DNA of 54,258 nucleotides from a virus (Duplodnaviria; Caudoviricetes): IMG/VR virus record IMGVR_UViG_3300012000_000021, positions 1 to 54,258 of that record; one strand, 5' to 3'. Shown piece by piece: positions 29,145 to 36,493 of this stretch (position 1 is its first letter; each line of letters starts with the position of its first letter). The notes under the pieces were generated by a model. It saw only the letters and a program-made list of their open reading frames with translations, ran no database searches and was not told where the DNA came from. The position numbers and the translations under genes were made by a program.

Positions 29145-29482
29145 TTGTAGTTTGGATCGTCTTCTTTAGCAGGTGCAGCCTTTGCTGCTTTGTCTGCTGC
29201 TTGACGTTCTTCAACTTCTACATCTGCCACAGTCTTTGCACCTTTGTCAACGGTTGAAAATGCTGCGTTGATTTCGTCGAGAGTTAGTTTTCCATCGTCC
29301 ATAAAAGCACGAGCCAACTTCTCGATAACTGCTGCAACTGCAGTAAGGCCTGCGACTGTTACCGCCTTGATAGTTGAGATACCAGCAATAGCACCAGCAC
29401 CGATTACTGAAAGACCGCTTGCTGCAAATACTGCAACAATACGCATCAATACGTTGTTTAAACTTTTCATAAGACTATTCAT
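29141..29482 (-). CDS. two-TM membrane protein
   Basis: Hydrophobic helices followed by DDGKLTLDEINAAF. Confidence 0.75.
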   Translation of the reverse strand: MNSLMKSLNNVLMRIVAVFAASGLSVIGAGAIAGISTIKAVTVAGLTAVAAVIEKLARAFMDDGKLTLDEINAAFSTVDKGAKTVADVEVEERQAADKAAKAAPAKEDDPNYN

Positions 29483-29521
29483 ACCTGTTCTCGTTTCCCC
29501 CTCAGGATGTAAGTTTTATTA

Positions 29522-29785
29522 TCAGTCTTGCTGGATGCCCATACGTTCTAAATACAGTTCTTTTTCACTCATTAGGTACTCTTCAATGCGCTTGTACTGT
29601 ATTTGGGTCTGTTCTTGGGTTGCTTGAATCTGTTCTTCTGTCATCTCTTTATTTAAATCCTTAAAAGTTTCTACGGCCAGATCTAAGTTAGTCTTGGCCA
29701 GTGCTGCCTTGAGTTGTGCCTGTTTCCAGCAGTACTCGGCATGATCGGTTTTTCTTTGCAAACGCTTGTCTTGTGTTTTTGACAT
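29522..29785 (-). CDS. coiled-coil hypothetical protein
   Basis: Start MSKTQDK at 29785, with TATACT 7 nt upstream. Confidence 0.7.
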   Translation of the reverse strand: MSKTQDKRLQRKTDHAEYCWKQAQLKAALAKTNLDLAVETFKDLNKEMTEEQIQATQEQTQIQYKRIEEYLMSEKELYLERMGIQQD

Positions 29786-29798
29786 AAGGCTAAGTATA

Positions 29799-29882
29799 GG
29801 GGTAGTTTCTGCGTGCTCGTACCCAGGAGCCACTTATTCAGTTGTGTGATTAATCTAACTCACAACTGCTGTGATCCGCATC
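29799..29882 (-). ncRNA. possible small structured RNA (multistem with pseudoknot)
   Basis: CAGUUGUG/CACAACUG stem; GCUC/GAGC hairpin whose loop GGGUA can pair with downstream UACCC; UGCG/CGCA closing stem. Confidence 0.35.
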
Positions 29883-29890
29883 ATAAACAG

Positions 29891-30439
29891 TTACTTATAT
29901 TGTTCCTTGACTAAAAACGGCCCAGATGTATTCATATCTAGTTTCTCAGAGATTTCTAGCGCCTTGATAGGCTTTGCACCTGCATGAAGTGCCCCAATAG
30001 CATAAGAAGAGCCAGAACCTACTCCGTAGATCCCGTCAGCACTCATGCAGATCGAGCAGTCATCGGCAACATCAAATACCTCGCCACCGACTGCCACTAA
30101 GAAGTTAAATCGATTGCCATCACCTTTTCCATCGCCCTTGCCCTCTGCAAAGTCATATCCGTTATCTGTCAAGCATTTTCTAAGAGAAGGCATCACTTTA
30201 GCAATCATGAAGTGATAAACATCTTGAAGATCTTTTGCTGTTGGTTTTGGCGGAATCCATAGGTGTTGTGCAATGTCGCAAGGTGCAACTTCTCCAGAAC
30301 CAGCAATTAAGTAACCATTGCGTTCTGTAATCTTTTCCATTCGAGGATGGTGATAGATGCGACCGTCATCACCTGTTACTTGGTTATCGGCAGCAAAAAC
30401 AACTCTGTCTTCGTATTGCACCGCTACGATCGTTGTCAT
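29891..30439 (-). CDS. HslV/proteasome-beta-like Ntn protease
   Basis: MTTIVAV (N-terminal Thr nucleophile), AADNQVT, KI and GVGSGSSYAIGAL. Confidence 0.85.
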   Translation of the reverse strand: MTTIVAVQYEDRVVFAADNQVTGDDGRIYHHPRMEKITERNGYLIAGSGEVAPCDIAQHLWIPPKPTAKDLQDVYHFMIAKVMPSLRKCLTDNGYDFAEGKGDGKGDGNRFNFLVAVGGEVFDVADDCSICMSADGIYGVGSGSSYAIGALHAGAKPIKALEISEKLDMNTSGPFLVKEQYK

Positions 30440-30515
30440 AACCACTCCCTAATAGAAGAACCCCCCAAGGATACCATTAGGTATTGATGGAGGGTTCCAA
30501 GTCTAAAATGTCCGA

Positions 30516-31259
30516 TTAGAGCAGTTTGACCAGTTCTGCCCATGTCTTAGGGCCGATGATGCCGTTTGAGTCCACAAGGTCGTTATTGTCCTGGAATGCG
30601 ATAACTGCCTTCTTTGTTCCTGGGCCGTAATCGCCGTCTGCAGCCAATCCTAGAGCACGCTGGACAATCTTGACAGATTCTCCCTTGGCACCTGGCTTGA
30701 TCTGTCCTGGGAATGCTGGAGGTGCTTCTACTGGCACATCTACATTAACCTCGTTGCCCTTGTAGTTAGGACGACCCCAACCAACGATTGATACGAGAAC
30801 CTTCTTCTTGTTGACCTTGTATGCACGGATCTGCTCACATACCTCGCCACCATTTCGCTGGTCGCCTTTCTTCTTGCCAGATGTGTTGCCTTCGATGGTC
30901 AGTACTACGCCATCAGAGTCAATACCTGTGCAGATACCTACGTGAGAAATTCTATCGACACCGTCTCCTGGAAAATCAAAATACAGGATATCTCCTGGTT
31001 GTGGTGATTGACCGCAATCAGCGTCAAACCATGTGCCCATCTTCTTGAATGCTGCAGCACCCGCAACTGTTGAGACAGTATTAGGGATTTTTACCCCAGC
31101 CTGATTACCACACCACATGACGAATGAGCCACACCATGCTAGAAAGTTTGCTTTGGTGAAAGCGCCGTACTTGGTCTCATTATCTTTAGGGCCTTCAATA
31201 ACCCCAACTTCTTTTTTTGCAACTTCAATGATCGCTGCTGCTGTGCCTTTGTCAGCCAT
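30516..31259 (-). CDS. endolysin: CHAP amidase plus peptidoglycan-binding domain
   Basis: WCGSFVMW, HVGI and IEGNT; C-terminal V..VQRAL...DG.YGPGT..AV..FQ...GIIGPKTW. Start at 31259. Confidence 0.9.
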   Translation of the reverse strand: MADKGTAAAIIEVAKKEVGVIEGPKDNETKYGAFTKANFLAWCGSFVMWCGNQAGVKIPNTVSTVAGAAAFKKMGTWFDADCGQSPQPGDILYFDFPGDGVDRISHVGICTGIDSDGVVLTIEGNTSGKKKGDQRNGGEVCEQIRAYKVNKKKVLVSIVGWGRPNYKGNEVNVDVPVEAPPAFPGQIKPGAKGESVKIVQRALGLAADGDYGPGTKKAVIAFQDNNDLVDSNGIIGPKTWAELVKLL

Positions 31260-31266
31260 GATTCTC

Positions 31267-31761
31267 CTAGCCTGGAATAGTGTCGTTAAACTTGTCGAGA
31301 GGAATTCGCCACGAATTCTCTGGAGCATAATGATACTCGTCCTTGGTGCACTCTTCAGTAGGAAGCCAGCCATAAACCTCGACCTCTGAATAGTAGTCGC
31401 GGTCTAGAACCCGTGCCCCTACCAGAATGACCCCTGGCCTGATGTCCTTAGGAAATACTGGGATCTCGTCCTTAGTACGGACTGACTTAACCTCATAGCA
31501 TGGCATTACATCAGGAAAGTCTTTTCTGAAGTAATGTTCCTCATTGGTGTAGAACGGAAATGTAAAGGGCTGCTTGTATAACTTAGCAACTGCATACTCT
31601 GCAACGATAGTTCGTACATTTGCCGCAATTTCTGGCTCTAGGTACTTCTTATTGTCACCTGCATAGTTAGGGCGATCAATACTGCCGAACTTCATCATCC
31701 ATCGGTTCAATGCAATATCTGCACATGCACGAACTTCTTCTTTAGATAAGTTAACAATCAT
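31267..31761 (-). CDS. hypothetical protein, possibly PD-(D/E)xK-like
   Basis: AEYAVAK...PDV...YEVKSV motif. Confidence 0.6.
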   Translation of the reverse strand: MIVNLSKEEVRACADIALNRWMMKFGSIDRPNYAGDNKKYLEPEIAANVRTIVAEYAVAKLYKQPFTFPFYTNEEHYFRKDFPDVMPCYEVKSVRTKDEIPVFPKDIRPGVILVGARVLDRDYYSEVEVYGWLPTEECTKDEYHYAPENSWRIPLDKFNDTIPG

Positions 31762-31977
31762 TTTTTATACTTCCAATTAACCCATATCTCAAATACTCTG
31801 CCAATAATAATTCCAACCATTAGCCCAAGAAGAAACCCTGTCATGAATAGTCCTTCTCAATAATTACATACCAATGTATAAAGGCAATAGTCAATGCTCG
31901 GTCTTTTGGGTAGACCTCAAATGCAAAACCCCAACTATCAGATACACCGCCCTTTATCCAACTTTTTTTAAAATACC

Positions 31978-32082
31978 TCAACGGCAATACCAGCAGTAGT
32001 AAGGTGTGCGTAACTCATCCTTGTTAATGACGGTTACTCTGCCACAATGAACACAGAGTGCATCTACTTCGTCTTTCTTCAT
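31978..32082 (-). CDS. tiny zinc-ribbon protein
   Basis: MKKDEVDALCVHCG...YCWYCR, ATGA coupling. Confidence 0.5.
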   Translation of the reverse strand: MKKDEVDALCVHCGRVTVINKDELRTPYYCWYCR

Positions 32083-32240
32083 ACTTGACCTCGCACTACC
32101 TTTAGTACCCACTCCATCGCTGTAAAGACAGCGTAGTCAACGTCATCTACTGGAGGTAGGTTTTTTTCTAGTTCATCTTCAATACGTTGTGCAATCTCTT
32201 CACGTAGTTCTAACTCTCTATAGTCCCAAGTCTTTTCCAT
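32079..32240 (-). CDS. small hypothetical protein
   Basis: MEKTWDYRELELREEIAQRIE...VVRGQV, TAATG coupling. Confidence 0.6.
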   Translation of the reverse strand: MEKTWDYRELELREEIAQRIEDELEKNLPPVDDVDYAVFTAMEWVLKVVRGQV

Positions 32241-32578
32241 TATGCACGACCGAAGTCATCCTCAAGGCGCACGATGTCATCTTCGCCAAAGTAGAGACCT
32301 AATTGCGTCTCAATAAAAATAAGATCTTCTTCTCCAACATTAGCAATACGATGAGCAATACCTTGTTCAATAATAAAGGCGTCTCCACCTAATGCCATAG
32401 ATTGAATGCCATCGATAGTTACGGTGCCTGTTCCAGAGACAATGACCCAATACTCTGAGCGTTGTTCATGTGTCTGATAGGAAAGGCGTTGACCAGGACG
32501 CACAACGATGCGCTTGACCTGGTGAGTGTCAGATGTTGCTAGTACTTCGTATGTTCCCCAAGGGCGGTCTGTAATCAT
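32240..32578 (-). CDS. cupin, mannose-6-phosphate isomerase type II C-terminal domain-like
   Basis: RPWGTY...VKRIVVRPGQRLSYQTH.QRSEYW...HRIAN...IETQLG.YFGEDDIVRLEDDFGR. Confidence 0.88.
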   Translation of the reverse strand: MITDRPWGTYEVLATSDTHQVKRIVVRPGQRLSYQTHEQRSEYWVIVSGTGTVTIDGIQSMALGGDAFIIEQGIAHRIANVGEEDLIFIETQLGLYFGEDDIVRLEDDFGRA

Positions 32579-32597
32579 GCCCAGACCCTATCACAGG

Positions 32598-32984
32598 TTA
32601 TTCTTCGTCTTCGGGCTCTGCCTTACGTGGTGGGACGTTGCCACCTACCTTGCGTGCCCACGCATCTCCCTTATCGGTTCTAAAGGTTGAGTGTTGTGGC
32701 GACTTGATCCCAGTGTCAGATGCAAGTTTAGTTGCCTTCTCGTACATAGAGGTCGCAACACCGAGACCCTGCATGCGCCCGATCACGTTGATGTTGTCAA
32801 TCTGACCACTTCGCTTGTTCCAGTCCATATGACCTAGATAAGAGCCTTCTGAGTCACGAGCCTCCATAGTATGAATCTTTGGGTGCTGCTTAGGTGCTCC
32901 AGGATGGATGTACTGGAACTGAACGCCCGACAGATTTCTTGGCTCTGATGGATCGTGATCTGGTTCTCTAGGCGTCTGCTTCAT
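32598..32984 (-). CDS. GNAT-family acetyltransferase with NLSGVQF leader
   Basis: INVIGRMQGLGVATSMY is GNAT motif A. Confidence 0.75.
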   Translation of the reverse strand: MKQTPREPDHDPSEPRNLSGVQFQYIHPGAPKQHPKIHTMEARDSEGSYLGHMDWNKRSGQIDNINVIGRMQGLGVATSMYEKATKLASDTGIKSPQHSTFRTDKGDAWARKVGGNVPPRKAEPEDEE

Positions 32985-33355
32985 TAGAACCCTTCCCTAA
33001 AGTTGCCGTTTTCATCCCATTCGCCATTATCGGCATCACCTGCAGTGCGATCACCGTGCTCATCGCTTGCACCAAACTTCTCGTAGAGATGCTCTGAGGC
33101 AGGACCTATACGGTTTTGCCAATGGATGTCCTTGTCAGGGTATGAATCATACACGTGCTTCATGACATTTTGAGCGTGACCCTTGCCCTCTTCGTGACTC
33201 TTAAGCCAGTTTACATAGACGGCTTCATCGCCTTTTGGATGATGGATGTCAGCGTATGCGACAACATTGCCAGTCTTGTCATGTAACTGATGACTAGTAG
33301 TCTCTTTGTCTAGAGGCTTAGTGGTGAACTTAAACTGCTGTGGATTAAGATTCAT
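32984..33355 (-). CDS. GNAT-family acetyltransferase with NLNPQQF leader
   Basis: VNWLKSHEEGKGHAQNVM resembles motif A. Confidence 0.65.
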   Translation of the reverse strand: MNLNPQQFKFTTKPLDKETTSHQLHDKTGNVVAYADIHHPKGDEAVYVNWLKSHEEGKGHAQNVMKHVYDSYPDKDIHWQNRIGPASEHLYEKFGASDEHGDRTAGDADNGEWDENGNFREGF

Positions 33356-33618
33356 TTACGCTTCTTTGGTGTGAAATGCTCATGCTCGTGCCCGACCTCA
33401 AATTTTCCGTCCTCATGCATACGCATGTGCATCTTGTGGTGCTGTGCGTAATCATAGGTCGAAATGCCATCACCGCCGAATGATTTTCCATTCGCAGGCC
33501 CGCGACCTTTTATGTGCCACTTCAATATATGCCATCCAATTGCGTGGCCCTCTTGATCAGGTACCCATCGCTTCTTAGGAGCATCACCAAACTGTGCATT
33601 GTTAAGATTCTCTGGCAT
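33352..33618 (-). CDS. His-rich protein with NLNNAQF leader
   Basis: 88 aa with many His residues; ATGA coupling. Confidence 0.7.
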   Translation of the reverse strand: MPENLNNAQFGDAPKKRWVPDQEGHAIGWHILKWHIKGRGPANGKSFGGDGISTYDYAQHHKMHMRMHEDGKFEVGHEHEHFTPKKRK

Positions 33619-33620
33619 GA

Positions 33621-33722
33621 CTACCTCGCTTCACAGATGCACTTGCAGGTGTCTATTGTACAGCAGCCGTACTTCATGTCATGGTCACATAGACGACATT
33701 GCTCTTTACTTGGGGCGCTCAT
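33621..33722 (-). CDS. tiny Cys-rich protein
   Basis: MSAPSKEQCRLCDHDMKYGCCTIDTCKCICEAR fills the gap with an ATGA overlap. Confidence 0.55.
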   Translation of the reverse strand: MSAPSKEQCRLCDHDMKYGCCTIDTCKCICEAR

Positions 33723-34117
33723 GTTGTCATCTTCCTTGGAGGATTATACTTACGCATTCTTTCTCTCTTACCAGGATGGACTGTGGTAATTGAGTGGACG
33801 TTAACCTTCACATTCTCTTTGAGAGGAATCTCATCTTCTTCTGCATCCATGGCGATGTCGTAACTTTGTAACTTCTCTGGATTCTTTTCTACGGCACGTT
33901 TTGTCGCTGTGGCATGGATAACAGAGTATGGACCCTTGTAAGATGCGCGATGGCTTGCATAGCCTCCTAGACCCTTACCGCTTCCGAAATCCTCTGCTAC
34001 ATCTGGGTTATCTGTCCAATGGACTCCTAGTATGTGCTTCTGTACTCCAGAGGCAGGAACCTGTAATCCACGAAAAATGTGGAACTGCTTAGGAGATAAA
34101 TTATCTTGGGCGCTCAT
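33719..34117 (-). CDS. ADP-ribosyltransferase-like protein (R-S-E type) with NLSPKQF leader
   Basis: IFRGL (strand-1 Arg), VHWTDNPDVAEDF and EEDEI (ExE-like). Confidence 0.6.
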   Translation of the reverse strand: MSAQDNLSPKQFHIFRGLQVPASGVQKHILGVHWTDNPDVAEDFGSGKGLGGYASHRASYKGPYSVIHATATKRAVEKNPEKLQSYDIAMDAEEDEIPLKENVKVNVHSITTVHPGKRERMRKYNPPRKMTT

Positions 34118-34479
34118 TCGTCACTCATCTTCTCTCCACGAGTGACGTAGCGCTTGACGCCCTTTACTCTGAAGCCCTTATCAGAGGTTATAGAGTCCTT
34201 ACTCCACCAAGACATATCTGTCAGTGTCTTGTCAGTCTTTAATGGCTCGACTTCATAGACAGGTGATACCAGAGATTGCTGATGCCATCCCTTTTTATTA
34301 TCTCGTCCTCGGTAACCTGTATTCATACGATCAATGACATGGTCTGCTGCACGCTCTGGATTAGTTCCTGCCCATACGACACGATCATTACCTGGGCGGA
34401 TTATTGTTCCAGGCTTCATCGTCTCTGCGGTAGATCCGTGGAACAACTCTGGAAACTGCTTAGGAGATAGGTTGCTCAT
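34114..34479 (-). CDS. Arr-like (H-Y-E type) ADP-ribosyltransferase with NLSPKQF leader
   Basis: LFHGS..MKPGTIIRPG..VWA.T...A...VYEVEP...FRV. True start is ATG 34479 (ATGA overlap). Confidence 0.65.
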   Translation of the reverse strand: MSNLSPKQFPELFHGSTAETMKPGTIIRPGNDRVVWAGTNPERAADHVIDRMNTGYRGRDNKKGWHQQSLVSPVYEVEPLKTDKTLTDMSWWSKDSITSDKGFRVKGVKRYVTRGEKMSDE

Positions 34480-34799
34480 TTCTTGCTCCGATTGTGTGGA
34501 AGACGTCCACCTACGGACTTTGCCCATGCATCTCCTAGGTCAGTTCTCTCATAGGAGTGTTGAGGTCCTACTTGACCTTTTTCTTGGGCGGTTTGATTTG
34601 CTAGATCCCACATGTGGCTTGCGATACCTTGACGACGAAGTCGTGTGCTTACACTGATGTTCATCACTCTCTTGGAGCGCTTGTTCCAATCCATAGAGCC
34701 GACCATGTTGCCATCTTGGTCATGAGCATCGATGTGGTACATGTACTTGCCCTCATGATGGGTCAGAGATACAAATTGCTGAGGATTGAGGTTGCTCAC
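34476..34799 (-). CDS. GNAT-family acetyltransferase with NLNPQQF leader, paralog of 32598-32984
   Basis: ISVSTRLRRQGIASHMW; shares MDWNKRS and PQHS..RTD.GDAWA..VGG with its paralog. GTGA overlap start. Confidence 0.8.
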   Translation of the reverse strand: MSNLNPQQFVSLTHHEGKYMYHIDAHDQDGNMVGSMDWNKRSKRVMNISVSTRLRRQGIASHMWDLANQTAQEKGQVGPQHSYERTDLGDAWAKSVGGRLPHNRSKK

Positions 34800-35008
34800 T
34801 TCTTGCGCCACACTCTCACGGTCTCATCTGGCTTATATGTAGATACGCCAGGTGACTTAGAGCCACGTAACTTATGTGCTACGACGAAGTCATTACCAAT
34901 CATCTTGGCCGCATGTACACGTAACTTTACTGAAGGATCAAGATAATCACCTGGGGCGATTTCTCGTGCAGCAATGTGAGATGCTTCAAACTCTGCTAAA
35001 CGACTCAT
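34796..35008 (-). CDS. small beta-barrel-like protein (starts MSRLAEF)
   Basis: AREIAPGDYL...YKPDETVRV; ATGA overlap at 35005-35008. Confidence 0.65.
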   Translation of the reverse strand: MSRLAEFEASHIAAREIAPGDYLDPSVKLRVHAAKMIGNDFVVAHKLRGSKSPGVSTYKPDETVRVWRKK

Positions 35009-35166
35009 ATGCTCCACCAAGTTAACTCTTGTGGATTATCAATGATGTACTTTTTCCAGGCGCGATGCTGTTCGTTGACATCGGACCAGTTCACCTCGTG
35101 AGTGCTAGAGCCGCAATGTGGGCAGAACACGGCACCGACTACCTCGTAGATGTGCACACACTTCAT
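35005..35166 (-). CDS. small zinc-binding protein
   Basis: MKCVHIYEVVGAVFCPHCGSSTHEVNW...WWSI. Confidence 0.6.
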   Translation of the reverse strand: MKCVHIYEVVGAVFCPHCGSSTHEVNWSDVNEQHRAWKKYIIDNPQELTWWSI

Positions 35167-35168
35167 GA

Positions 35169-35687
35169 TTAGAAGAACTTATATCTTACTGCGTTAGGTT
35201 TTTCTGCATCTAACTTCTTTGCCATGTGTTCTGTTTCAGGAGATGCAACTTTACCGACATTAAGGACAGAACCTTCTGGTGTGGTCTTGTGCATGTAGTC
35301 AAACATCTGACGGCCAATTCCTCCACCACGGTTCTTTCCGTGTACCTCCATATAGCCGATGTTAGTATCTGCAATTGTGTTAGTAACTTTTTCACGAGAG
35401 ATCTCGTTGCCTGCTTCATCTTTACTGATAGTGGTGTACGAGTGCGTACTAGGTGGTTCACGATAGAAGTCAGAATACCCAACTAGCCCTGGCTCACCCT
35501 TTGGATCGTCCTTGATGCTGCCACGTGAGTCAACTGCTCGTGGAGTTGGATCTGCTGGGTCATAAGCAGAGAGGCGACGTGGCTCACCGTATGAACGGAT
35601 AGGGTGCTGATACGCCATTGATTCTGGCATGTCATGCTCCACGTAGTGGCGACCTACGGAATCTGCGAACTCTGCGTATCTAGCCAT
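35169..35687 (-). CDS. GNAT-family acetyltransferase (starts MARYAEF)
   Basis: IGYMEVHGKNRGGGIGRQMFDYM is motif A. Confidence 0.75.
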   Translation of the reverse strand: MARYAEFADSVGRHYVEHDMPESMAYQHPIRSYGEPRRLSAYDPADPTPRAVDSRGSIKDDPKGEPGLVGYSDFYREPPSTHSYTTISKDEAGNEISREKVTNTIADTNIGYMEVHGKNRGGGIGRQMFDYMHKTTPEGSVLNVGKVASPETEHMAKKLDAEKPNAVRYKFF

Positions 35688-36181
35688 TATAGATAATCTT
35701 TCTCTAACTTAGCATCAGGAAGAGATTTGAAGTACTTGACGGGGAAGATGTGATCTTTGAACTGCTCTGCAGATAATGCGACTCGGTGGTGACCACCTAG
35801 TACCTGGCCCATGCCCAACTTACCGCTCTGTAATGCGATGTAGCCAGGCATGCCAGATTGCTTTGCTCTATCTCCGAGAGTGCTCTTACGTGAGATGCCG
35901 TACTTCTGTGGTGTGCCCATTGCAAAATTTATTTCTCCGAAGCGCTCTTCACCAGTCTGCTTGGATTCTTTTAGTTTGCGATCCCATAGTTCGCTATCTG
36001 TCTCTTTGCGCTCACCGTGATCGTAGCGATTTGCTCTCTCATTCGGTGGGAGACGAACTGTCCTCTTGTCACCTTCTAGAGGGGGGAAGTGCTCTTTGAT
36101 CTCAGGTCCTGTCATGAACATAGGCATGTAGCCAGCCTTCATCGCCTTACCTACATCTTTAGGAGGCGTCATCTTCTTCAT
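35687..36181 (-). CDS. ParB/Srx-like domain protein
   Basis: C-terminal VLGGHHRVA...PV resembles the (D)GHHR motif. Confidence 0.5.
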   Translation of the reverse strand: MKKMTPPKDVGKAMKAGYMPMFMTGPEIKEHFPPLEGDKRTVRLPPNERANRYDHGERKETDSELWDRKLKESKQTGEERFGEINFAMGTPQKYGISRKSTLGDRAKQSGMPGYIALQSGKLGMGQVLGGHHRVALSAEQFKDHIFPVKYFKSLPDAKLEKDYL

Positions 36182-36493
36182 GTGACTATTGTTGCATTAA
36201 GGCTACTGCCTTGAGTTGTTACTAAGAAAAAATATTTTGGGCGTTTAGTGGTTAGAGGCCCACAATGCCAGGATGATCAGGGCAAACGAGAGCGCCACGA
36301 TAGCCATGCCAATCAATTTTGACCTTGCTCCTCTTGAGATTGCTCTTTACAAGGGCAATTTGTGCTGCAACAAGGCTCAGAAGCCATAGATAGGGGCTGA
36401 ATTTCGCTCATGTGGCCGATTATTGCTCATTTTGGCTACTGTGTCAGAACATAGAGGTGAAATTTTGTAATTTAGGGGAGGTATACTTCTTCC

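Noticed and set aside
30516-31373. Extended 5' ends from the ORF track (e.g. 31373, 1306, 5395, 34527, 39413, 43151)
   Set aside because: They overlap upstream genes or hairpins, and downstream starts have clear RBS or stop-start coupling.
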